Positions 1 to 7,698 of a stretch of 64,000 nt of DNA are shown here, piece after piece. The stretch covers positions 222,679-286,678 of the forward strand of contig JAQWEN010000001.1 in NCBI GenBank assembly GCA_028704885.1, given 5' to 3'. A program made the position numbers and the translations under genes. Numbering within the stretch: position 1 is the stretch's first letter; every line of letters begins with the position of its first letter. The notes under the pieces are model-generated. The model was not told the DNA's origin. It did no database searches and saw only the letters and a list, made by a program, of their open reading frames with translations. The DNA comes from Candidatus Shapirobacteria bacterium. GTDB lineage: Bacteria > Patescibacteriota > Microgenomatia > UBA12405.

Positions 1-1
1 A

Positions 2-421
2 GAAAATAGTCGGGACAATATGGTGATGGTAGCCAATGAATTGAGAGCTAAAAACAGTTCAAGCTTTGTAGTGGATGAACTTTTTAAAAGAGCCTTAGAA
101 TCGGGACAAAATTGCATAATTGAGAGTATTAGAACGCCAGGGGAAATTGAATCTTTAAGAAAAAAAGGAAATTTTACTTTATTGGCGGTCGATGCTGATC
201 CGAAAATTAGATACGAAAGAATAGTGAAAAGATCAACAACTACCGATGATATAAGTTTTGAAAAATTTTTGGCTGATGAAGAACGCGAAATGAGTTCGGA
301 AGATCCAAATAAACAGAATTTAAAAAAATGTATTGCGATGGCGGATTTTACAATCGTGAATAATAAAGATATTAATTATTTAAATCAACAAATTGAAGAA
401 ATATATGACCAAATTAAATAA
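2..421 (+). CDS. P-loop nucleoside/dephospho-CoA kinase-like protein, 5' truncated by window edge
   Basis: Frame is open from base 2; IIESIR and [11 protein letters not shown] motifs of the NMP kinase-like family; coupled to the dCMP deaminase. Confidence 0.6.
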   Translation, partial: ENSRDNMVMVANELRAKNSSSFVVDELFKRALESGQNCIIESIRTPGEIESLRKKGNFTLLAVDADPKIRYERIVKRSTTTDDISFEKFLADEEREMSSEDPNKQNLKKCIAMADFTIVNNKDINYLNQQIEEIYDQIK

Positions 422-893
422 AAGACCTACTTGGGATGAATATTTTATTAAAATTGCGGCATTGGTTTCTGAAAGATCGACTTGTTTAAGACATCATGTG
501 GGAGCGATTATTGTCAAAGATCGAAGAGTTTTAACTACTGGTTACAACGGAGCACCGGCTGGAGTTAAAGATTGTTTGGAACTTGGTTGTTTAAGAAATC
601 AATTAAATATTCCTTCCGGTGAAAGACATGAAATTTGTCGAGCTATTCATGGTGAACAAAATGCCATTATTCAAGCTGCCAAATATGGTGAAGATGTTTC
701 TGGTGGAACAATTTATTGTACCCACAGTCCGTGTATTATTTGTACAAAAATGATGATTAATGCTGGGATTAAAAAAATTGTAACTTATGGTAACTATCCT
801 GATATTGGCGGAGTTCAAGAATTGTTAAAAGAAGCGGGAGTGGAATTTGTCTTAGTTGAAAAACCAGGAGAAAAGATAAACTTTTTGGATTAG
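405..893 (+). CDS. dCMP deaminase (ComEB family)
   Basis: [19 protein letters not shown] and SPCIIC zinc deaminase motifs; ATG 405 is a likelier start than 393. Confidence 0.9.
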   Translation: MTKLNKRPTWDEYFIKIAALVSERSTCLRHHVGAIIVKDRRVLTTGYNGAPAGVKDCLELGCLRNQLNIPSGERHEICRAIHGEQNAIIQAAKYGEDVSGGTIYCTHSPCIICTKMMINAGIKKIVTYGNYPDIGGVQELLKEAGVEFVLVEKPGEKINFLD

Positions 894-902
894 AATTAAT
901 TT

Positions 903-1241
903 ATGATCGATTATTTAAATCAGCAGCTAAAAGAAATTAACGAAAAAATAAAGAGTGGGGAGAGTCAAAACTGGAAATTGATTCTAGAACACCATCGGGA
1001 AGCAATAAAATTTATGCAGCATGAAAGACTAATTCATTTATTGGTGACTTTGGCTTTTGGAATTTTGTTTGTGATATCGATGATGTTTAGTTTGGTTTGT
1101 TCGTCTTGGTTGTTGATGGTAGTAGATTTTTTGCTGTTGATTTTATTAGTGCCGTACATTTTCCATTATTTTAGATTGGAAAATGGAGTTCAAAAACTAT
1201 ACTGGATTGATAAGTTAATTCAAAAAAAGATTGAAGTTTAA
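903..1241 (+). CDS. Small two-TM membrane protein
   Basis: ORF with HERLIHL and LENGVQ flanking two hydrophobic helices. Confidence 0.7.
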   Translation: MIDYLNQQLKEINEKIKSGESQNWKLILEHHREAIKFMQHERLIHLLVTLAFGILFVISMMFSLVCSSWLLMVVDFLLLILLVPYIFHYFRLENGVQKLYWIDKLIQKKIEV

Positions 1242-1393
1242 CGACGGCCGCGATTGATGGTTCCCATGCGAGCATTGGGTTTGAAATTGACAGGGGCCTT
1301 GGTTCCAGGAAAATTTGGGATTTCTGGTTTAATAAAACCCTTAGTAATAGTCGACCTGTTGTCGTTTTTTGGTTTTTGTGATGATCTACTCAT
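1238..1393 (-). CDS. 51-aa basic hypothetical protein, missing from the ORF track
   Basis: Hand translation MSRSSQKPKNDNRSTITKGF...MGTINRGRR; TATAAT 6 nt upstream of the ATG. Confidence 0.55.
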   Translation of the reverse strand: MSRSSQKPKNDNRSTITKGFIKPEIPNFPGTKAPVNFKPNARMGTINRGRR

Positions 1394-1415
1394 AATTCAA
1401 TTATATAATAATTGA

Positions 1416-1595
1416 TTATTTTAGTTTAGCTGATTCTTTGTGTTCAGTTCGCTTTTTGCACCAATTACAATATTTGACAAATTTTAGCTTGTCAGGAGTA
1501 TTGGTTTTATTTTTTTCAGTTAAATAATTTTGAGCGCCGCAGACCGAACAGACTAGGGCAATCAAAATACGTGGTGTTTTTTTAGATTTAGACAT
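1416..1595 (-). CDS. rpmG: 50S ribosomal protein L33 (zinc-binding form), missing from the ORF track
   Basis: Hand translation MSKSKKTPRILIALVCSVCGAQNYLTEKNKTNTPDKLKLSKYCNWCKKRTEHKESAKLK. Confidence 0.95.
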   Translation of the reverse strand: MSKSKKTPRILIALVCSVCGAQNYLTEKNKTNTPDKLKFVKYCNWCKKRTEHKESAKLK

Positions 1596-1622
1596 GCTGG
1601 TAGTTTATCAAGTTTCTTAAAA

Positions 1623-1943
1623 TTAGCCAAGACTGTAATTTACCTTGTCTTGCTTGTATTTTTTGATTTGTTTTTCCAATTGCTCCCGCATGCCAACTAT
1701 GGCCGAAACTAATTTAATATTATTGCATTCGGCAAAAAGGTGACCATCTTTACCAGGAAGGGCGATATCAAATTTAGTTTTGAAATGCTGGTATTTATCT
1801 CTTTCGAGATGAAGAAAGCCAGTTTTGATTTCTTCATTGAAATTAATAAGAAGCTGGTCGAGCTTGTGGACAAGTTTCTTATCGACCATATCCTTTATTT
1901 TCTGGGAAACATTTAAGTTAACACTGTTGATCTGTACGTTCAT
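1623..1943 (-). CDS. Ribosome hibernation factor HPF/RaiA family (short form)
   Basis: MNVQINSVNLNVSQ start and SAIVGMREQLEKQIKKYK end match the S30AE fold. Confidence 0.75.
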   Translation of the reverse strand: MNVQINSVNLNVSQKIKDMVDKKLVHKLDQLLINFNEEIKTGFLHLERDKYQHFKTKFDIALPGKDGHLFAECNNIKLVSAIVGMREQLEKQIKKYKQDKVNYSLG

Positions 1944-2034
1944 ATAGATCTCCTATTTAACTTATAAATAAAAATTGGCGAGTGTGTCTGATTCACTATT
2001 ATTCTAACATTTTCTGAAGGAAAACTGAAATTTT

Positions 2035-2379
2035 TTATTCAGTGATGGTTTGGATGATGTCGTTGCAATCGGAGCGGAGATTATTGGTTTCGGTGAAAAT
2101 ATCGTTAAATTTTGGTTCGGTGGTCTTATAAACACGACTATCTTTGGCAGTTAAAGTAACTTCTAATTTACGTTTCTGAAAAATAGATTTAATTTGACAA
2201 TTTTGGATTAAATTAACAGCCTCTGGCCAAGTAATTTCAATAACCGGAGAGAGGGTTATTTCAATAGTTCCCTGATCAACAGGCTTATCTTTTTTGGTAA
2301 GACCAAAAATACAGATTATTAAAGCAGAGAGAATTAAAACAAGAAGAGAAATGTAAATTGTTAGTCTAATTTTGGTCAC
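2035..2379 (-). CDS. Membrane-anchored hypothetical protein
   Basis: N-terminal TM, two Cys; coupled to the upstream gene. Confidence 0.65.
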   Translation of the reverse strand: MTKIRLTIYISLLVLILSALIICIFGLTKKDKPVDQGTIEITLSPVIEITWPEAVNLIQNCQIKSIFQKRKLEVTLTAKDSRVYKTTEPKFNDIFTETNNLRSDCNDIIQTITE

Positions 2380-2966
2380 TAATTAAGTGTAGCAGAGGAG
2401 GTGGAAGTTGACGTGGCAGATGTTTGGTAGATGAAGTTTCTTTCGAGGGTAATTGTTTTGTCGATGACAGTACTTTTAATTTTAATTTGAAGCTGTTTTT
2501 TACCTGGAGTGAGATTATAAAGACAAATATCATTATTATTAAAATCAGACCAAGAATCGGTGCCGAGTTTATATGACCAAGTAACTGGACAATATTTACC
2601 ATCGGTAGAAATATTAATACAAACATTATCAGAAGTGACAATTTCGCCTTCTTGAGGAGATAAAATTTCGATTGGTCCAATTTCTTTTTTACATTCTGCT
2701 CTGGATGGTAATGGCATTGGGGTTGTTTTAGTGTTGGTAACAGTGGAATTGGTAGCGGTGGGATTGTCAATGATTACTTGAATTGGAGCAGAAGTCGGAG
2801 TTGCTGTTTCAACTTTTTCTTTTTGAGCTTTAATATTATTCATGTTAACTAAAATAACAGTTAACATCATGGGTACTGAAAGAGCCGCGGTAATTAATTC
2901 GATGTGTCTCTTTTTGTCGGGGAGGCCACTATACCATTTTTTAATTTTTGGAAAAATATTTTTCAT
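2379..2966 (-). CDS. Single-pass surface protein with Thr/Pro linker and Ig-like beta domain
   Basis: TM, TATPTSAP linker, IEILSPQEGE Ig-like start, paired Cys. Confidence 0.7.
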   Translation of the reverse strand: MKNIFPKIKKWYSGLPDKKRHIELITAALSVPMMLTVILVNMNNIKAQKEKVETATPTSAPIQVIIDNPTATNSTVTNTKTTPMPLPSRAECKKEIGPIEILSPQEGEIVTSDNVCINISTDGKYCPVTWSYKLGTDSWSDFNNNDICLYNLTPGKKQLQIKIKSTVIDKTITLERNFIYQTSATSTSTSSATLN

Positions 2967-3029
2967 GGGGCGTTGAATATTTAAGGATAGTATTGTATCA
3001 GACGAAAAGGAAGATGCAATTTACTTTTG

Positions 3030-3112
3030 CGGAGGGGACAGGAGTTGAACCTGCATGCCCTTGCGGGCGCTTGTTTTCAAAACAAGTTCCTTACCATTCG
3101 GAGCACCCCTCC
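3030..3112 (-). tRNA. tRNA-Ser(TGA)
   Basis: GGAGGGG/CCCCTCC acceptor, CTTGT-TTTGAAA-ACAAG anticodon arm, long variable arm, GTTCAA T-loop; CCA not encoded. Confidence 0.93.
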
Positions 3113-3132
3113 TTCGCAAAGCTTCGGATGGG
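3107..3132. repeat. REP-like imperfect hairpin abutting the tRNA-Ser 5' end
   Basis: CCCTCCTTCGCAAAGCTTCGGATGGG. Confidence 0.45.
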
Positions 3133-3154
3133 CGATGCCCTCCTAACTTTTTTG

Positions 3155-3227
3155 AGCCCAGATTGGAACTCGAATCCAAGACCTTCCCCTTACCAAGGGG
3201 ATGCTCTACCAACTGAGCTATCTGGGC
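3155..3227 (-). tRNA. tRNA-Thr(GGT)
   Basis: GCCCAGA/TCTGGGC acceptor, TCCCC-TTGGTAA-GGGGA anticodon arm. Confidence 0.93.
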
Positions 3228-3271
3228 ACAGTGATACTTTGGTATTGTATCAAAATAATTTAGAAAAAATG

Positions 3272-3343
3272 AGCCTGAGGTCAGATTTGGACTGACGACC
3301 TGCTGTTTACAAAACAGCTGCTCTACCACTGAGCTACTCAGGC
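3272..3343 (-). tRNA. tRNA-Thr(TGT)
   Basis: GCCTGAG/CTCAGGC acceptor, GCTGT-TTTGTAA-ACAGC anticodon arm; T-loop reads TCCAAAT. Confidence 0.9.
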
Positions 3344-3390
3344 AACAGATTATTATATCAAGAGGATTAAAAATTAAGGTAAAATAGAGA

Positions 3391-4533
3391 ATGACAAAAA
3401 AGAAAGTTTTAGTCTTGACTGATCATATGCCTTGGGGACATAGGTCAATAGCTAAGGCGATATTTAACTATCTTAAAGCTAATGAAAAAGATTCGAATTA
3501 TGAAGTTGTTTATTCAGAAATAAAAGCGGAAACCGGTTTTGGAGATGATTTATACACTTTTGCTTATCGTTATCTTCCAGCTTCGAACAGATTAGCTCAT
3601 CGGGTTTTTGATAAAAAATTTGCCAGAGATTTAATGCGTAAAACTTCGGCTTTTAATTTACCAAGATTAAAGAAGGAAATTAATAAAATTAAGCCAGATT
3701 TGATAATTTCAGCTTATTTTTTTCATTCTCATAGTTTGGCTGGCTGGAAAAAAGAAGAAAAGAAAAAATTTAAATTATGGACAGTAGTAGCTGACCCTTG
3801 GACTATTAATCCAATTTCTTTTGTTAAGGGTTGTGATTTGAGTATAGTTTATGACCAAATTGGTGAAGATTTGGCTAAAAAATATGAGATTAAAAGTGAT
3901 CAGATTTTGAAGACTGGGTGGTGGGTAAGACCGGAGATGTATCAAAAAATTGACAAACAGGCAGCAAGAAAAAAGCTAGGAATTAATGACGATAGACCAG
4001 TTATTTTTGTAGGAGGAGGAAGTTTGGGAACTAATTCTCTGACTAAATTACTACCAACACTGATTTTTATTAAGAAAAAAGTAGCTTTTGTAATTAATAC
4101 AGGAGTGGATAAGTTTGCTTATAAAATGGTGGAAAGTTATATTAAGATTTTATCTAAAATGAGAAAAGATGATAACGTTTATATTAAAAATATGGGTTGG
4201 ATTGATAATATGGCAGAAGTTTTGGGAGCGGCGGATATTGTTTTTGGAAAAGCTGGTCCAAATTTTTTATTTGATGTGGTGGCTTGTCAAAAACCATTTG
4301 TGGCAATTACTCATATTGGAGGGCAGGAAGATGGAAATATCGACTTAATAAGAAAAAAGAATTTAGGGTGGGTTAGGGAAAAAAGCAGTGATTTGGTAAA
4401 TTTTTTATATCGATATCTTGATGATCCAAAATATTTTGAAAAAAAGTTTAAAAAATCGATTGAAGAAGAGGCACTGAATAACCAAAAAAGTTTGAAAATA
4501 ATTTTAGATCGAGTGAAAAAAGATTTGGAATAA
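3391..4533 (+). CDS. GT28 glycosyltransferase, MGDG synthase/UgtP-like
   Basis: WGHRSIAKA, GGGSLG, GKAGP and GQEDGN motifs. Confidence 0.85.
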   Translation: MTKKKVLVLTDHMPWGHRSIAKAIFNYLKANEKDSNYEVVYSEIKAETGFGDDLYTFAYRYLPASNRLAHRVFDKKFARDLMRKTSAFNLPRLKKEINKIKPDLIISAYFFHSHSLAGWKKEEKKKFKLWTVVADPWTINPISFVKGCDLSIVYDQIGEDLAKKYEIKSDQILKTGWWVRPEMYQKIDKQAARKKLGINDDRPVIFVGGGSLGTNSLTKLLPTLIFIKKKVAFVINTGVDKFAYKMVESYIKILSKMRKDDNVYIKNMGWIDNMAEVLGAADIVFGKAGPNFLFDVVACQKPFVAITHIGGQEDGNIDLIRKKNLGWVREKSSDLVNFLYRYLDDPKYFEKKFKKSIEEEALNNQKSLKIILDRVKKDLE

Positions 4534-4720
4534 AGAAGGTCCCACCAAAAGTTTTCTTCAATATTGGCTTTTCCATACTAAAAAATAGCGGAAAACTCTT
4601 TTAAGGCGCAAACCCTAAAAATATGCCTTCCTTTTCAGATGGATAGTTAGAAAAAACACCTTCTTAAAGTTCTGCTTTTGATAGGACTCCATATTTTAAC
4701 ATTTTTGGTATAATTTAGCC

Positions 4721-4942
4721 ATGAAAAATAAAGTCAAAATTACCAAAGATATTCTAATTTTAGATTTAATTGAGCAAAATCCAGCTTTGACTGAGGTTTT
4801 GACACAAGATTATGGACTTCATTGCATTGGTTGTATGGCGGCTTCGATGGAGACCTTGGAACAAGGGGCTTTGACGCATGGAATGACCGAAGATCAGATA
4901 AATAAAATGGTCGACGAATTAAACAAAAGATCAGACAAGTAA
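4721..4942 (+). CDS. DUF1858 domain protein
   Basis: YGLHCIGC..ASMETLEQGA..HG signature. Confidence 0.85.
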   Translation: MKNKVKITKDILILDLIEQNPALTEVLTQDYGLHCIGCMAASMETLEQGALTHGMTEDQINKMVDELNKRSDK

Positions 4943-5533
4943 AGATAAGACAAATTTGACGATAGGTGACATGATGGTTTGGAAAATTGGGGTGCCACCA
5001 ATTGGAAGAAAAACTAAAATAATCAAAAGAATAAATCCGTAACGATCAAAAGTTTCCTGCCATTGAAGTGATTTTTCCTGAGGGAGAAGATTTAAAAATA
5101 TTTTGGAACCATCTAATGGGGGGATTGGCAAAAGATTAAAAACAGCCAAAGAAACGTTAATTAAAATTAAAAGATAAAGTAAGATATTTTGGACGCCAAA
5201 GATTTTAGAGACAAGGGAACAAAGAACGGCAAGTAAGATATTGCCGACTGGTCCGGCTAGAGAAATTAAAATTTCATCTTTTTTAGGATTTTTAAGATTG
5301 TAAGGATCAATTGGAACGGGTTTAGCCCAACCAATAGTAGAGATGCCGGTAAAAGCGCTTAATAAGGGTAAAAGAATGGTGCCAACTGGATCAGCATGGG
5401 CAAGAGGATTTAAAGTTAGTCGACCAAAAGAGCGAGGGGTTGGGTCACCAAGACGGTCGGCGGTTAGGGCATGACAAAATTCATGAATAGTAATACTGAT
5501 GATGAGGGCGATGAAAGAAAAAATATTTACCAT
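4931..5533 (-). CDS. Site-2 protease, M50 family
   Basis: HEFCH and FNLLPIPPLDG motifs. Confidence 0.92.
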   Translation of the reverse strand: MVNIFSFIALIISITIHEFCHALTADRLGDPTPRSFGRLTLNPLAHADPVGTILLPLLSAFTGISTIGWAKPVPIDPYNLKNPKKDEILISLAGPVGNILLAVLCSLVSKIFGVQNILLYLLILINVSLAVFNLLPIPPLDGSKIFLNLLPQEKSLQWQETFDRYGFILLIILVFLPIGGTPIFQTIMSPIVKFVLSLLV

Positions 5534-5571
5534 ATTTCAAAAAATAAGTTGATTTGATATTATACCTTACT

Positions 5572-5778
5572 ATGAGAACATGTAGTTTATGTAACAAGGG
5601 AACCAAGATTGGTCAAAACCGATCACACGCCCAAAATAGAACACCTAGAACTTTTATGGCTAACATTCAAAAAGTTACCTTAACTGTGGGTGAGGATAAA
5701 ATTAGCGGTAGTTTTTGTACTAAGTGCTTGAAAAGAATCAAGAAAGAAACAAAAGAACAAAAAACGGCACTTAAATAA
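5572..5778 (+). CDS. rpmB: 50S ribosomal protein L28
   Basis: CSLCNK..RSHAQNRTPRTFMANIQ..CTKCLK. Confidence 0.93.
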   Translation: MRTCSLCNKGTKIGQNRSHAQNRTPRTFMANIQKVTLTVGEDKISGSFCTKCLKRIKKETKEQKTALK

Positions 5779-5788
5779 GCACCGTTTT
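5761..5788. terminator. Probable bidirectional terminator between rpmB and the lysine-rich micro-ORF
   Basis: AAAACGG...CCGTTTT inverted repeat. Confidence 0.45.
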
Positions 5789-5807
5789 AAGTTTGAAACT
5801 TCACTTT

Positions 5808-5909
5808 TTACTTTTTCTTAGTTTTTTTAGCTACTTTCTTTTTGGCGACTTTTTTAACGACTTTTTTCTTAGCTACTTTTTTGGCAGCTTTCTTTTTTTT
5901 GACTGGCAT
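5808..5909 (-). CDS. 33-aa Lys/Ala/Val histone H1-like micro-protein, missing from the ORF track
   Basis: MPVKKKKAAKKVAKKKVVKKVAKKKVAKKTKKK; AAGGAGGT Shine-Dalgarno upstream. Confidence 0.8.
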   Translation of the reverse strand: MPVKKKKAAKKVAKKKVVKKVAKKKVAKKTKKK

Positions 5910-6198
5910 ATTGTTTACCTCCTTAATATTAATTAAAAAGTATTTAAATAAAATGTCAAAAAATCAAAATCCTATCTTTAGGATAAATTTGATTTTTATT
6001 AAAGTAGATTTGAGATAATTTTTACAAATTTTTTAATAAATTATTCCTATTTATTGGCTAAATTTAAAAATGCAAAAAATTTAAATTTGAAATTTTTAAT
6101 TTTTAAATATTGATAAAAAGACGGAAGCTTACAGAAAAAAGACAATTCATTAATGGTGAAATTTTCCAATAAATTTAAAAAATGAATTTAAATTTAGC

Positions 6199-7044
6199 CT
6201 ATTTTTCGGATTTATCTATAGTGTAGTATTTGGAAATTTCTGACCAAGGAGTAATTTTTTTTCCTTCGATTTGGACTAAGGTTCGGTTAAACATCTTCAT
6301 TTTTAATTTTTGATTTTGCTGATTAGTGACAAAGGTCCAAGCAATTGGCCAGGGATTAAGAGCATTAATAAAGCGATTAATTTTGGACTGGTCCCAAGTC
6401 CAATCAATTTGGGCATTATCTTTATTTAATTTAGGAAAATAAGTTTTTTGAGTGTGATCTTGCTCCTGAAGAGATTTAGGATTTAAGATATATGATTTAA
6501 GAATGGTCTCAAGATTTTTAGCGGCAAGATCAAAAGCTTTTTGATAAAAAGTAGCAGCGGTTTCGTCTGGACTGATTTCAAAGGGAATCTGGGTGATAAT
6601 GGGACCGTGATCAGGTAAAGCGTCAATTTGAAAAAAGGTGACGGCGGATTTGGTCTCGCCATTAATTATCTGCCAAGGACCAGGGGTGGCACCGCGATAT
6701 TTTGGTAACGGAGATGGGTGAATATTGATGATTTTTAATTTTGGGATATCAATCATTTCTTGATCGAAATAAGGAGGGCCAAAGGCAACACAAACACCGA
6801 GATCTAATTTTAAATTTTTAATTTTTAATTTGAAATCGGGAGTAAATTCTTCGACTTGAAGAAGATTTAGATTGTTTTGATTGGAAAAGGCAGCCACGGG
6901 ATTGGCGGTAATTTCTTGATCTCGACCAACCGGCTTGTCAATTTTGGTAATAACAGCAGAAATATTAAAATCTTTAATTTCTAAGATTTTTTTTAAAATT
7001 ACAACAGAATGTTTGGATGAACCGAAAAAAATGAGGTTAGTCAT
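6199..7044 (-). CDS. fmt: Methionyl-tRNA formyltransferase
   Basis: INIHPSPLPKYRGA motif; divergent from def. Confidence 0.9.
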   Translation of the reverse strand: MTNLIFFGSSKHSVVILKKILEIKDFNISAVITKIDKPVGRDQEITANPVAAFSNQNNLNLLQVEEFTPDFKLKIKNLKLDLGVCVAFGPPYFDQEMIDIPKLKIINIHPSPLPKYRGATPGPWQIINGETKSAVTFFQIDALPDHGPIITQIPFEISPDETAATFYQKAFDLAAKNLETILKSYILNPKSLQEQDHTQKTYFPKLNKDNAQIDWTWDQSKINRFINALNPWPIAWTFVTNQQNQKLKMKMFNRTLVQIEGKKITPWSEISKYYTIDKSEK

Positions 7045-7071
7045 GATGTTATTTTATCAGGGTTTTGCTTA

Positions 7072-7099
7072 GTAGAGACGTTGCATGCAACGTCTCTAC
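7072..7099. repeat. GTAG-type REP, perfect 28-bp palindrome
   Basis: GTAGAGACGTTGCATGCAACGTCTCTAC. Confidence 0.85.
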
Positions 7100-7128
7100 G
7101 GATAATATTTAGTTTGCTAAAATAGCTT

Positions 7129-7698
7129 ATGAGAAAAATAGTGATTTATCCGGCAGAAATTTTAAGACAAAGGACTGAAGAAATTAAAAATGTCGATAAA
7201 AAATTACTGGAAGAAATTGAAGATTTAAAAAAGATATTACAAAATGGCGATAATGCAGCGGGTTTAGCGGCGCCACAAATTGGAGTAAATAAAAGATTTT
7301 TTGGAGGTAAGGAGATTGGCAAGGGAAATGTTGGGGTTTTTATTAATCCTAGAATTGAAAAAGTTTACGGAGAAAAAGTCTATCCAAAATTAATTGACGA
7401 AAATAAAAAAGAAGAAGATTTTCTGGAAGGGTGTTTGTCTTTTCCGGGGTTTTTTGGAACGGTAAAAAGATTTTTGAAAATAGATGTGTCTTGGGATGAG
7501 ATTGGATCTCAGATCTCAAATTTCAGATTTCAGAGAAAAAAGAAGACTCTTAGTGGTTTTGAGGCGATAGTTTTCCAACATGAACTGGATCATTTAGAAG
7601 GAATTGTGTTTATTGATCATATTAAAGAAGAAAAAGGAAAATTTTTCAAAGATATTGGCGGGGAAATGGAAAAGTGGAGTTTAGAGATTTTTGAGTAA
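7129..7698 (+). CDS. def: Peptide deformylase
   Basis: GLAAPQIG, EGCLS, QHELDHL. Confidence 0.97.
   Translation: MRKIVIYPAEILRQRTEEIKNVDKKLLEEIEDLKKILQNGDNAAGLAAPQIGVNKRFFGGKEIGKGNVGVFINPRIEKVYGEKVYPKLIDENKKEEDFLEGCLSFPGFFGTVKRFLKIDVSWDEIGSQISNFRFQRKKKTLSGFEAIVFQHELDHLEGIVFIDHIKEEKGKFFKDIGGEMEKWSLEIFE

Noticed and set aside
2948-3329. ORFs 2948-3295 (+) and 3021-3329 (-)
   Set aside because: They are translations of three tRNA genes
4534-4700. Possible small ORF or pseudogene between the glycosyltransferase and DUF1858
   Set aside because: Only a 25-codon minus-strand ORF with no recognisable similarity
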